A DNA stretch of 38,714 nucleotides from a candidate division Kazan bacterium RIFCSPLOWO2_01_FULL_48_13 (lineage in GTDB: Bacteria; Patescibacteriota; Kazan-3B-28; UBA10110): assembly GCA_001771275.1 (NCBI GenBank), contig METE01000004.1:97073-135786 (forward strand). Reading direction: 5' to 3'. Shown here piece after piece: positions 8,626-17,891 of this stretch. The notes under the pieces were generated by a model. That model worked only from the letters and a program-made list of their open reading frames with translations, made no database searches and was not told the DNA's origin. Each line of letters opens with the position of its first letter. Within the stretch, counting starts at the first letter, position 1. A program made the position numbers and the translations under genes.

Positions 8626-9714
8626 TTAGAGCTCTTCGCCCAAGTCTTCGAGCAGCCGTTTTTGTTTGAGGGTCAGGTGTCTTGGAATAACGATCTCAAC
8701 TTTAACAAACAGATCGCCGTGGCCAGTTTGATCCAACCGGGGCAGGCCCTTGCCGCGCAATCTAAATACCTCTCCACCACCCGTTCCCGCCGGGATCTTT
8801 AAAGTCAGCCGTTCATCCAACGCATCGATCTTGATCTCCCCGCCCAGTACTGCTATGGGGTAGCTTAATCCCTCAGTGCGATAGAGATCGGCTCCCCGTC
8901 GTTCAAACCGCGAATCAGACAGCACCGTTACTACTATATATAGATCGCCGGATCGACCGCCACGCCAGCCCACTTCACCCTGGCCCGATAGTTTAATGGT
9001 TTGATTACTGTCAATTCCGGCGGGAATATCGACCTCGATGGTCTCTGACTTAGTTACCTTGCCATCGCCTCGGCAGGTCCGGCAGGCTTTAGCCGGTTTC
9101 TTACCGGTTCCCCGGCAGGTATCGCACATCTGCACCTGCGCAAAGGTGCCCAAGATGGTTCGCCGATTAACCCTGAGCTCGCCGTGGCCACCGCACTTAT
9201 CGCAAGTGGCCAGCTTGCCATCAGCAGCGCCACTACCGTGACAAACCTCGCAGATCCGAGAGCAATTGATCCCCATTTTCTTTTTGACGCCCTTGGCGGC
9301 TTCCGCGAAAGTCACTTGCAGGTGTCCCTCAATATCGCTTCCCCGATGAGCCTGTTCCGGGTTTCTCCGGCGCCGACCGCCGCCGCCAAAGAAAGCATCA
9401 AAGATATCTTCGAATCCTGCCATATCACCAAAATCTTGTGTAAAGCGAGAAAAATCTTCCGGCCTAAATCCGGAGAAGCCGCCGCGGGTGCTGCCATCAA
9501 AGGCTTGGCCATATTGATCGTACTGACGACGCTTAGATTCATTACCCAAAACCTGGTAAGCCTCATTTATTTCTTTAAATTTCTTCTCCCCCTCGGCATC
9601 CCCCTTGGTTTTATCCGGATGGTACTTTAAAGCCAGCTTGCGGTAAGCCTGCTTGATCTCCTCAGCAGTCGCTCCCTTGTTAATCCCTAATATTTGATAG
9701 TAATCTTTTGCCAT
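8626..9714 (-). CDS. dnaJ: Molecular chaperone DnaJ
   Basis: J domain (YYQILGI...HPDK), a G/F region, and four CxxCxGxG-type zinc motifs. Confidence 0.95.
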   Translation of the reverse strand: MAKDYYQILGINKGATAEEIKQAYRKLALKYHPDKTKGDAEGEKKFKEINEAYQVLGNESKRRQYDQYGQAFDGSTRGGFSGFRPEDFSRFTQDFGDMAGFEDIFDAFFGGGGRRRRNPEQAHRGSDIEGHLQVTFAEAAKGVKKKMGINCSRICEVCHGSGAADGKLATCDKCGGHGELRVNRRTILGTFAQVQMCDTCRGTGKKPAKACRTCRGDGKVTKSETIEVDIPAGIDSNQTIKLSGQGEVGWRGGRSGDLYIVVTVLSDSRFERRGADLYRTEGLSYPIAVLGGEIKIDALDERLTLKIPAGTGGGEVFRLRGKGLPRLDQTGHGDLFVKVEIVIPRHLTLKQKRLLEDLGEEL

Positions 9715-9737
9715 CTTAATTAACTAACCCCACTTTC

Positions 9738-9849
9738 CGTCATTCTGGTAAGGTCCGACTCGTCGGACCGCATCCAGAATCTTATATCAGATCCTGGACC
9801 CCAGTAGTAGAGCAGAGCTCACTACGGGGCGCGGCAAGCCAGGATGACG
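9738..9849. repeat. MITE-like intergenic element bounded by CGTCATTCTGG / CCAGGATGACG inverted ends
   Basis: The terminal inverted repeats enclose the hairpin ggtccgactcgtcggacc. The same end sequences occur at 14514-14635, 15211-15362 and 17618-17846. Confidence 0.7.
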
Positions 9850-9882
9850 ATGCATGGTCAACATCGTCAATTTTCTATTGTT

Positions 9883-10518
9883 TTACCGTAGCTCTACTGC
9901 GCCATTGGCAGCGTTGACCCGCCAGACTTGGTTGTCTTCACCCGATTTGTCTTGATACGAAACTACCCAGCTTAGGACATCCCGCTCCGGTTGTACCAAC
10001 AGCAGATTAACATAATAATCGCCGGGATGATTAGCCCGAAAATTGCTGCCCCCCGTCTGCTCAACGATCTCCAATGCTTGAACAAAATTTATTTTAAGAT
10101 ATTCACCCGCAATACTCACCGGCACCACCTCGTCGCCAAAGATCTCTGTCCGATCATAACTATGCCGCACCTCGGTTTTTACCCGCGGGTTATTTACCGC
10201 ATAGCTACTGCTTAATCCGGGCGCCTGAAACAGATAAACATAACGGGTTAAAAAATCATAACCCAATCCGCCATCAAATCGCATAGAGATAGCCGCCAAT
10301 TCTGCCTGGGCATTCCACCGATCAGCCTGCTGCTTGGCTTGGGATAGTTCAGATGCAAACGCGGCATCCTCCTTAATGTAATCCAACTGTAAAAAGCTGC
10401 CGGCGGCCAAAGTCGGTTGCACCTCGTCTTGGCCCAACAACGCGTGCCATACCCCCCAGCCACCCAGACCGACCAAAACTAAACCCAACGCTAAAGAGAT
10501 GACTTTAGGATATCTCAT
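9883..10518 (-). CDS. Secreted or membrane-anchored protein, paralog of the adjacent lipoprotein
   Basis: N-terminal hydrophobic anchor. The C-terminal block EYLKINFVQALEIVEQTGGSNFRANH matches EYWKINYAKALQLAEAQGGASFRAQH of 10520-11227. Confidence 0.6.
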   Translation of the reverse strand: MRYPKVISLALGLVLVGLGGWGVWHALLGQDEVQPTLAAGSFLQLDYIKEDAAFASELSQAKQQADRWNAQAELAAISMRFDGGLGYDFLTRYVYLFQAPGLSSSYAVNNPRVKTEVRHSYDRTEIFGDEVVPVSIAGEYLKINFVQALEIVEQTGGSNFRANHPGDYYVNLLLVQPERDVLSWVVSYQDKSGEDNQVWRVNAANGAVELR

Positions 10519-10519
10519 A

Positions 10520-11227
10520 TTAAACTATGGTTACCGCGCCCGAACCGGCATCCACTTGCGCCTGGAACTTGGCTCCCGACGCGTCAGTAGCTTTATAGGT
10601 AATAAACCAGTTCAGCTGTTTGCCAGCAGGCCGGGCCAGGATTATAGAGGCCTCAAAGGTCTTGTGCTGGGCGCGAAAGCTCGCGCCGCCCTGGGCTTCG
10701 GCTAACTGCAGCGCTTTGGCGTAGTTGATCTTCCAGTACTCGGCCGGAATATCCAGGACGCTAAAGTCCAGCTCAAAATCTTGGATTGGCATTAAGAACC
10801 GCTTCATCGGATCCAGATTATTGCGCGGCACATTAACCAAGAAATAATAGTCCGGCTTGGAGACCGAACTATAGATATAGTAGTTGGTCGACAGGCCAAA
10901 AGTGTTCGAGAGTGAATTAATGTACTTAGAAGAGACCAGCACCAGTATCGCATCGGGCTGGATCAGCCGAATAAAGTCAGTGGCCTCTTTGTTCTCCCGC
11001 AGCAGCTGCGGATGGATAACCGTCGAATCTGCCAAACCGCTCTCGGGAGCAGTAGTCCCAGGATAAGCGGTAAAATCGGGGTTCTGATTAGTGGGGGTAT
11101 TGCTCAGGCTGTTATCAATCGAGTCGTCGGTATTATCGATCGCGCGCCGCTGACAACCGGCGGCTGACAGCGTCATCAAAAACGCCGCTCCTATCAATCC
11201 CCAAACTAACCATTTTCGCTTTACCAT
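10520..11227 (-). CDS. Lipoprotein, paralog of 9883-10518
   Basis: Signal peptide with the lipobox LSAAGC. It shares a C-terminal domain with the neighbouring gene. Confidence 0.65.
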   Translation of the reverse strand: MVKRKWLVWGLIGAAFLMTLSAAGCQRRAIDNTDDSIDNSLSNTPTNQNPDFTAYPGTTAPESGLADSTVIHPQLLRENKEATDFIRLIQPDAILVLVSSKYINSLSNTFGLSTNYYIYSSVSKPDYYFLVNVPRNNLDPMKRFLMPIQDFELDFSVLDIPAEYWKINYAKALQLAEAQGGASFRAQHKTFEASIILARPAGKQLNWFITYKATDASGAKFQAQVDAGSGAVTIV

Positions 11228-11334
11228 CCCGTTAGAAATCTACTTAGCGTATATGTTCGGCTATCTGTTTATTTTGGTTGTCCCGATCAGCGATTTCTAA
11301 CGGGACAAGTTATCTCCTATTTAAATATAACAGA

Positions 11335-13257
11335 TTATTTCTGCTCTTTATCGTCGCTTTCGCTAAATTCTCCCTCTTTGGCGTTATCGGCGCCAGTGTC
11401 TGTTTTGGGCTGATCACCACTGCCATTGGGCGGCTCCGGCTGCTTATACATCGCTTCGCCCACTTTAGACAGCGTAGTCGATAGCTCTTCAGTCGCTTTC
11501 TTTAATTCATCTGTTTTGTCGGTATTAAGCAGGTCCTTAACAGCTTTAATCTTGGCTTCGATGTCCGTTTTGAGCGTGGCATCTACTTTATCGCCCGCGT
11601 CTTTCAGCGCTTTTTCCGAAGCATAGACCAAACTATCGGCTTGATTCTTAACATCAACCTTTTCGCGTTTAATCTTATCTTCAGCCGCATATTTCTCCGC
11701 TTCCGCCGCCATCTTGGCTACCTCTTCTTTCGATAAGCCGGATGAAGCCGTAATTGTAATCTTCTGTTCTTTACCCGTAGCCTTATCAACCGCCTTCACA
11801 TTAACAATGCCATTAGCATCGATATCAAAGGTGACTTCAACTTGAGGAACCCCCCGAGGCGCGGGAGGAATGCCATCCAATATAAACCGACCTAAGGTTT
11901 TGTTATCCCCCGCCAATTCCCGCTCCCCCTGAACGATATGGATCTCTACCGAGGTTTGGTTATCAGCCGCGGTCGAAAACACTTGAGATTTACTGGTCGG
12001 AATAGTGGTATTGCGCTCAATTAGTTTTGTAGCTACCCCACCCAAAGTTTCGAGACCAAGTGATAGCGGAGTTACATCCAACAACAGTACATCTTTTACA
12101 TCACCCTGCAGTACGCCGCCCTGGATGGCGGCGCCGATCGCCACCGCTTCATCCGGGTTAACGCTCTTATTCGGTTCTTTGCCAAAGAACTTCTTAACTG
12201 TCTCGACCACTAATGGCATCCGTGTCATCCCGCCAACTAAAATCACTTCATCAATATTCGAAGTGCTTAAACCAGCGTCTTTCAATGCCTTCTCCATTGG
12301 CGGAATGGTGCTTTCCACCAAATCACCCACTAACTGTTCTAACTTAGAGCGAGATAATTTCATTACCAAATGCTTCGGGCCAGATTCGTCTGCCGTTACA
12401 AATGGAATGTTAATCTCGGTTTCAGTTGAGCTGGAAAGCTCTTGTTTGGCTTTCTCGGCGGCTTCTTTTAGTCGCTGGAGGGCCAATTTATCATCGGCCA
12501 AATTAATTCCCTGATCTTTTTTAAATTCATCGATGATCCAGCTGATCACTCGCTGGTCAAAATCATCACCGCCCAAATGAGTATCGCCGTTAGTGGCCTT
12601 AACCTCAAAGATGGATTCCCCGCCACTATCCCCGATCTCCAAAATAGAGATATCGTAAGTACCACCACCCAAATCATAGACGGCTACCTTCTCATTCTTC
12701 TTATTATTTTTATCCAAACCGTAAGCTAAAGTCGCCGCGGTTGGTTCGTTGATGATCCGCTTAACATCAAGTCCTGCGATTTGGCCGGCGTCTTTAGTGG
12801 CTTGGCGCTGCGAATCGTCAAAGTAAGCCGGTACAGTAATCACTGCTTCTGTAACTGGCTCACCCAAATAGGCCTCGGCGTCTCGTTTGATCTTTTGCAG
12901 CACCAGAGCCGAGATCTCTTGGGGAGTATAATCCTTGCCGCCCATCTCCACAGTAGTTCCACCGTGAGCAGCCTGTTTCATCTTATACGGCATCAGTTTT
13001 ACATCTTTTTGGGTCTCTGGGTCGTCAAATCGCCGACCGATAAACCGCTTTACCGAAAACACGGTGTTATCCGGATTAGTGACCGCTTGCCGTTTGGCCA
13101 GTTGCCCAACTAATGTATCCCCCGCCTTGGTGGAAGCAATTACCGAAGGTACTGTCCGACCGCCCTCGCTACTGGGAATTACTTCTACCTTGCCGCCGCG
13201 CATAACAGCTGAAGCGCTGTTGGTTGTCCCCAAATCGATCCCAATGATTTTATTCAT
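11335..13257 (-). CDS. dnaK: Molecular chaperone DnaK (Hsp70)
   Basis: [18 protein letters not shown] and the full Hsp70 architecture; 640 aa. Confidence 0.97.
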   Translation of the reverse strand: MNKIIGIDLGTTNSASAVMRGGKVEVIPSSEGGRTVPSVIASTKAGDTLVGQLAKRQAVTNPDNTVFSVKRFIGRRFDDPETQKDVKLMPYKMKQAAHGGTTVEMGGKDYTPQEISALVLQKIKRDAEAYLGEPVTEAVITVPAYFDDSQRQATKDAGQIAGLDVKRIINEPTAATLAYGLDKNNKKNEKVAVYDLGGGTYDISILEIGDSGGESIFEVKATNGDTHLGGDDFDQRVISWIIDEFKKDQGINLADDKLALQRLKEAAEKAKQELSSSTETEINIPFVTADESGPKHLVMKLSRSKLEQLVGDLVESTIPPMEKALKDAGLSTSNIDEVILVGGMTRMPLVVETVKKFFGKEPNKSVNPDEAVAIGAAIQGGVLQGDVKDVLLLDVTPLSLGLETLGGVATKLIERNTTIPTSKSQVFSTAADNQTSVEIHIVQGERELAGDNKTLGRFILDGIPPAPRGVPQVEVTFDIDANGIVNVKAVDKATGKEQKITITASSGLSKEEVAKMAAEAEKYAAEDKIKREKVDVKNQADSLVYASEKALKDAGDKVDATLKTDIEAKIKAVKDLLNTDKTDELKKATEELSTTLSKVGEAMYKQPEPPNGSGDQPKTDTGADNAKEGEFSESDDKEQK

Positions 13258-13260
13258 AAT

Positions 13261-14145
13261 TTACCTCTCTATACCTATTTCTTGTATAGTATCTAATAAT
13301 TTTTTAAATCCCACCGGATTAAGTACAAGAACGGCTGCAACCTCGGGCTTGTAATCTGTCGCCGTAGAAAAGCTTTTGACTTTACAAACACCCAAATCAA
13401 TTTTTCTTTTTGTCCTCTTGGATTCCAAATTCTTCCTGCGCTCCAGCCGCCAATACTCCATGTGAGTCGTATCAGCTACCACAATGGGAAGTATTATGCC
13501 ATGTCGCGCATCATTGCCATGCACTTTCTTGAGATAAAATGCTGCTGCTATCGCTGAATTTATAGCGCGATAAATATGATGGTCGCCATAATCCCGATCT
13601 ATCTTTTTTGTATCAGAATTGGGGTGGCGGTCCTTTTGACAATCATTTGCATCGAGATTAATTTCCGCATGAGATTGCTCAACACCAATTTTCTTCAACA
13701 ATTGTGTAAAAAAGCTCTGGCTTGCCTCTTTTTCTTTGTAGCGCTGTCGGGCAAATTCTGGAGACATCCGCAAGGGATTGTCATCATACCCTGAACCAAA
13801 CGGAAAAAACCATTGCCCCACGTGTTTAATTTGTCTATCCATATCATCCATACCCCTCATAAAAATCCACCTGTACGTATCCGTCTTTTTTGCTTCGATG
13901 ATTAACGTAAGCTCTACAGGAAATATTTTACTATCATAGGAAACGTTGATTTCTCGCCGCGCAATTATATCGATCTCCCCGGGCTTGTTGTCTATCGCAT
14001 CATAAATCCCGACGCGCGATTCCACGCTGGGCCAATGATAATCTTCTTTGAGCATCCAGAACAAATCATTTTCAAAACCAAAGCCCTTAAAGCCTCCCTG
14101 TTTCTCCTTTGTAACTGGTTCCTTCTGAGCAACAGCCTGGTTCAT
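13261..14145 (-). CDS. PD-(D/E)xK (restriction-endonuclease-fold) protein, hypothetical
   Basis: FENDLFWMLKE ... GEIDIIARRE ... LIIEAKK gives an E / D / E-x-K arrangement. The stop is 3 nt before the dnaK start. The gene is visibly more AT-rich than dnaK. Confidence 0.55.
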   Translation of the reverse strand: MNQAVAQKEPVTKEKQGGFKGFGFENDLFWMLKEDYHWPSVESRVGIYDAIDNKPGEIDIIARREINVSYDSKIFPVELTLIIEAKKTDTYRWIFMRGMDDMDRQIKHVGQWFFPFGSGYDDNPLRMSPEFARQRYKEKEASQSFFTQLLKKIGVEQSHAEINLDANDCQKDRHPNSDTKKIDRDYGDHHIYRAINSAIAAAFYLKKVHGNDARHGIILPIVVADTTHMEYWRLERRKNLESKRTKRKIDLGVCKVKSFSTATDYKPEVAAVLVLNPVGFKKLLDTIQEIGIER

Positions 14146-14171
14146 CTTCCTGCCCTCGCTTTTAAAATTAA

Positions 14172-14498
14172 TTATTCGATTTCTATCGGATATATATCGT
14201 AGGCAACTTCTTCATACGGGTGAACTTTTTTGATGGCCGCAATTACGCTTGTCAGGACTTCTCTCGGGCACACCATTTCAATACGCCCCTCTTCGACGGC
14301 CTCCAGTTTACCGACCTCGCCAATCGCAGGATTAGCACCAGCCTCTGGTTGAAACCGTCCGATGCCTTTGGAGGAAAAACTGCAATTTGTGTAATTCCCG
14401 ATCTTCCCAGCTCCTGCACCGCTCATCGCCTGACGCACCGCATCAGCATGCGATTCCGGGACAAACACAACTATTTTTACATTATTACTCATATTCAT
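14172..14498 (-). CDS. YqfO/NIF3-insert-domain family small protein (COG3323-type)
   Basis: The pattern VFVPESHADAV...AGAGKIGNY..C.F...G.G.F.P...ANP.IG..G....V.E.RIE.VC....L..V..AIKK.HPYEEVAYD matches this family. Confidence 0.65.
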   Translation of the reverse strand: MNMSNNVKIVVFVPESHADAVRQAMSGAGAGKIGNYTNCSFSSKGIGRFQPEAGANPAIGEVGKLEAVEEGRIEMVCPREVLTSVIAAIKKVHPYEEVAYDIYPIEIE

Positions 14499-14513
14499 TT
14501 CGATTTATTTATT

Positions 14514-14635
14514 GTCATTCCGGACTCGATCCGGAATCCAGGCGAATAATTTATTTTCTTTTCCCTGGCCGCGTACCGCGACAGCGGGCAGGCCTGGATC
14601 CCCAATCCGGATGCTTCGCTCCGGTTGTGGATGAC
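14514..14635. repeat. MITE-like intergenic element (GTCATTCCGG ... GGATGAC ends); its right 42 nt form an inverted repeat with 15211-15254
   Basis: 14594-14635 is about 85 percent identical to the reverse complement of 15211-15254, including the exact 17-mer cggatgcttcgctccgg. Confidence 0.7.
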
Positions 14636-14689
14636 ATTGTTTTGATTGGTTAGATTGGTACAGATTGGTGAGATTGGTGAGATTGCCAG

Positions 14690-15190
14690 TTATTTCCCCA
14701 CTCTTACCTTCGCGGGTTTTAATATCTTGTCTTGATATTTTAGGCCGGCTTCGAACTGCTCGATTACCGCATCTTCTTTATGCTCGTCATGTTCTTCGTG
14801 TGAGATAGCCTCCATCGTGGCGGGATCGAACTTATCACCCGGCTTAACTTCGATGGGCTCAAGGCCTTCCGCTTTAAATACATCCGTAAACTTTTTTAAG
14901 ATATTTACCACCCCATCCATAGCGCCCTTCTGGCAGCTGACTACTTCGGCGGGAATAGTCGCCGGATCTAACTTAGTATTTTGAATAGCAACCAACATCC
15001 GTTTGAGATCTTCGTAGATCTCTAATACCCGGGTTAGCAGCGCCAGGCTCATAAACTGGGTCATCTCACCCCGTAGCTTCTCCTGCTGTTTTTTGTAGTT
15101 ATCTAAATCAGCTAACGCCCGTTTGGCAATGTTTTCCCAATTGACGGGTGAATCACCTTGTTGTTCCGGTTGTTTTACCTCATCATCCAT
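14690..15190 (-). CDS. grpE: Nucleotide exchange factor GrpE
   Basis: ALADLDNYKKQ and the C-terminal GrpE beta domain are present. ATG 15190 is preceded by AAGGAG. The track start at 15208 is a GTG overlapping that SD. Confidence 0.85.
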   Translation of the reverse strand: MDDEVKQPEQQGDSPVNWENIAKRALADLDNYKKQQEKLRGEMTQFMSLALLTRVLEIYEDLKRMLVAIQNTKLDPATIPAEVVSCQKGAMDGVVNILKKFTDVFKAEGLEPIEVKPGDKFDPATMEAISHEEHDEHKEDAVIEQFEAGLKYQDKILKPAKVRVGK

Positions 15191-15210
15191 ATAATTTTCT
15201 CCTTTCACCC

Positions 15211-15362
15211 GTCATCCTCGAGCCGGAGCGAAGCATCCGACATCGGGGACCCAGACAGAAAAATAAAGTTTTTTGTTTTTCATTTCCGCCTAGATCCTGA
15301 ATAAGTTATCTACAAGCCTACGGCAGTAAAGTGTTTTCAGGATGACAAAGGGGGGATGACTC
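15211..15362. repeat. MITE-like intergenic element (GTCATCC ... GGATGAC ends), with an unfilled copy of the CTGAAAACACTTTACTG/CCGTAGGCTT module
   Basis: See 14514-14635 and 27121-27346. The reverse complement of 15293-15346 equals 27172-27235 minus a 22-nt hairpin. Confidence 0.7.
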
Positions 15363-15369
15363 GATAGAG

Positions 15370-16071
15370 CTAAAGCTCTTCGAGTAATTTCTTCATATAA
15401 TTCACTAATGGTAAGGCTTTATTGTATTGCATTCTGGTCGGCCCAATAATACTGATTACCCGTTTATGCCCCAGCGGCCCAAACTGCGAAATAACCACTG
15501 TAGCATTTTTCATTCTTGGGTTGTTTCCGATTAGTACTTGCGTATTATTATCAGCCATATCGCCCAGACTCTGCACAAACTCTTGCGGCTTTTCGATAGC
15601 CTCCATCATCCGAGAGCGAAAAGCCAAATCTTCAAACTCTGGCAGTTGAGCCATCTGACTCAACCCCGATAAATAAACATTCTGAGTCGCATCCATCAAA
15701 AAACTAACATTACCGGTTTGTTTAGCCAACATCTCTGCGGCCGCTTTGTACCTTGCCTGCAAATCACTAATATTTTTAAAATACCGACCTAAGACCTCTT
15801 GTTGCTTTTTGGACAGCTCCTTTTGACGCTGAACTAATAATTTAACATAGTGCTGATAACCCAATTCGGTTGGGATTCTACCAGCCGAAGTATGCGGTTG
15901 AGCCAGTAAGCCCAAAGCCGTCATCTCCCCCATATCGTTTCTGATGGTGGCCGAACTTACCTCGTAGGGTAACTGCTCAGCTACCTGAATCGAACCGACT
16001 GGCTGATTAGTGTGCACAAATGTCTCCACGATCAACCGCAAGACATCTTGTTTTCTGGTGTTGCTATCCAT
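15370..16071 (-). CDS. hrcA: Heat-inducible transcription repressor HrcA (short form, 233 aa)
   Basis: N-terminal wHTH (QDVLRLIVETFVHTNQPVGS) followed by an HrcA-like body. A perfect CIRCE operator lies immediately upstream and grpE is downstream. Confidence 0.85.
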   Translation of the reverse strand: MDSNTRKQDVLRLIVETFVHTNQPVGSIQVAEQLPYEVSSATIRNDMGEMTALGLLAQPHTSAGRIPTELGYQHYVKLLVQRQKELSKKQQEVLGRYFKNISDLQARYKAAAEMLAKQTGNVSFLMDATQNVYLSGLSQMAQLPEFEDLAFRSRMMEAIEKPQEFVQSLGDMADNNTQVLIGNNPRMKNATVVISQFGPLGHKRVISIIGPTRMQYNKALPLVNYMKKLLEEL

Positions 16072-16080
16072 AACTTTTAT

Positions 16081-16109
16081 ATGCTAAAACCATTTAGCAC
16101 TCATGTCAA
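16081..16109 (-). promoter_or_regulatory. hrcA promoter overlapping CIRCE (near-leaderless)
   Basis: On the minus strand: TTGACA (16109-16104, inside the CIRCE spacer), 17 nt, then TAGCAT (16086-16081). The ATG at 16071 is 9 nt after the -10. Confidence 0.5.
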
Positions 16110-16120
16110 GTGAGTGCTAA
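16094..16120. promoter_or_regulatory. CIRCE operator (HrcA binding site)
   Basis: TTAGCACTC-N9-GAGTGCTAA, a perfect match to the consensus inverted repeat. Confidence 0.95.
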
Positions 16121-16128
16121 CTCCCCTA

Positions 16129-16155
16129 TAAAAAGTGCCCCGTAAAACAGGGCAC
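16129..16155 (-). terminator. Rho-independent terminator of the upstream membrane-protein gene
   Basis: On the minus strand: gtgccc-tgttttac-ggggcac followed by ttttta. Confidence 0.6.
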
Positions 16156-16177
16156 CCAGGCCTCTCGGCCGGCTGAG

Positions 16178-16717
16178 TCAATAATGCATACTGGAGGGAC
16201 GCTGCTGGCGGTGTTGAGGGAGGATCAGGCCAACGACAGACCACCAGACTAACATAAGCACCATGGCGATTACTGCCAACACCAACACTACGAGCCATAG
16301 CTCCGAGATCCATTGGCCAATTAACAGCCAGATAATCGACAGAGCTGCGGGTAGGGGTCGTTGCCACCATTTGGTAACTTCATTCGGGTAGCGCATATGG
16401 ATAATAACAGCATGGATTGCTGGAGGCACCATCTGGACCACACCAATCAGATACCAAAATGGCGAATAGCCCCATTTAAACAGCAACGGCCATGACCAAC
16501 CCAAAAGAATGCCACCGGTTAACAGCATCAGCCATGAGGCAACTACCCCGACAAAGAATAGGGTTATCTGATCCCAAAGCGGATCAAATGCTAAGTTGTT
16601 CTCTGGCGCTTCGAAAGATTGACGATATGGGCTCCGGATCACCGCTATCGCGACCGCCCATAATATTAGCAACAAGATTACTGCCAACAGGCAGCTCACG
16701 ATCACCGTATCCGACAT
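16178..16717 (-). CDS. Integral membrane protein, hypothetical
   Basis: 179 aa with 4-5 hydrophobic helices. It ends with TGA, which is rare in this window. The overlapping ORF 16101-16370 is judged spurious. Confidence 0.55.
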   Translation of the reverse strand: MSDTVIVSCLLAVILLLILWAVAIAVIRSPYRQSFEAPENNLAFDPLWDQITLFFVGVVASWLMLLTGGILLGWSWPLLFKWGYSPFWYLIGVVQMVPPAIHAVIIHMRYPNEVTKWWQRPLPAALSIIWLLIGQWISELWLVVLVLAVIAMVLMLVWWSVVGLILPQHRQQRPSSMHY

Positions 16718-16876
16718 TATTTACTCCTTTTTTCAAGCCACTGGTTTTAACATAGATAACGCCCGAAGGTTATTATCTACCAGCACCCCTCACCCTATCG
16801 AACAAGAGGCTTCTGGTCAATAAAAATCAGCCCCGGTAAACCGGGACTGATTTAGTCTCAAAACAGATACGGAGAA

Positions 16877-17389
16877 CTAGTAGGTCAGGACCACATTGGT
16901 CTTTGCTCCCGAGGGCGCCGAATCCCGACCGTTGGGATAGGCCGGACTCTTCACCACAGGCATTAGTTCTACCGTCCCTGAGGTAGCTAACACCAGCGGT
17001 GGCATATCTACCGTGGCATAGTACCAAGGCTTGGTATCCCCCTGCAATGTGGTACTACCAACCTCGCTCAGAGCGATGTCAAAATTGGTTGAAGTGACAG
17101 CCCCTCGAGGCATCACCACGGCCTTCCAAGCAATGACTTCCAATCCCGATACGGCGGAGGGAGGAATAAGCCTCCAGGCCATATTTAATTCACCATTCAG
17201 CCGAACATCTGCACTGAGATTGGTGATCATCTTCGGCAGATTGGCAGCGTCGGATTGCGCATCCGACTTATCGCTCATCTGCCACAGACCAATTAACAGC
17301 GCGATCACCACGATCAGGCCAACTACTCCCCAATTGATGGTGACACCTTGAGATTTATGGGCTCTCTTTGCCCTTCTTTTTTTTGCCAT
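16877..17389 (-). CDS. Membrane-anchored hypothetical protein
   Basis: The preferred start gives MAKKRRAKRAHK followed by one TM helix. The track ORF extends to 17473 with an implausible N-terminus. Confidence 0.5.
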   Translation of the reverse strand: MAKKRRAKRAHKSQGVTINWGVVGLIVVIALLIGLWQMSDKSDAQSDAANLPKMITNLSADVRLNGELNMAWRLIPPSAVSGLEVIAWKAVVMPRGAVTSTNFDIALSEVGSTTLQGDTKPWYYATVDMPPLVLATSGTVELMPVVKSPAYPNGRDSAPSGAKTNVVLTY

Positions 17390-17617
17390 CTCTTTCTTAT
17401 TTATGAATATAACTTTATAACTAATAAAATAAACCACGCAGACCAAACCCCTGCGCGCACACACTTTTGCCAAACCAACAGTATTATACCACTAGCTGAC
17501 CTAAAGCCGTCAACCCGGTAGAAGATTTTGGAGTAGCGATGCTACTACTGGCAAAGCCAGCTCCAAAATTCTCTACCGGGTCAACCCCGCCCCCCGTCGT
17601 CCCGCGTGGCTCACCTC

Positions 17618-17846
17618 TCGTCATTCTGGGGAAGCTCCGGCCAGCCGGAGCTGACTCCGGAATCGTACGATCCTGGACCCTCCTTCGTCTGTCAGGGCCA
17701 AAGGCCCCCCTTTGGGGCCGTAGGCTATTATATAGATAACTTATTCAGGATCTTTTAAGATTCTGGATGCGTCCGTCAGAGCCTAAGGCTCCCCTTCGGG
17801 GCTGACGGACTTAACCCAACGGGTTCCCTTTGGGACCAGAATGACG
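17618..17846. repeat. Composite MITE-like element bounded by perfect 11-nt inverted ends CGTCATTCTGG / CCAGAATGACG
   Basis: The ends are at 17618-17628 and 17836-17846. The interior carries the 32-nt module gggccaaaggcccccctttggggccgtaggct (17695-17726), identical to 27188-27219, and further hairpins. Confidence 0.75.
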
Positions 17847-17891
17847 GGATAGAAATTCAGCATGACAAATCACGGCAAGCTACAAAAACTA

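Noticed and set aside
16101-16370. ORF 16101-16370 spanning the CIRCE and terminator region
   Set aside because: It overlaps the better membrane-protein ORF (16178-16717) in another frame and runs through the terminator hairpin and the CIRCE operator.
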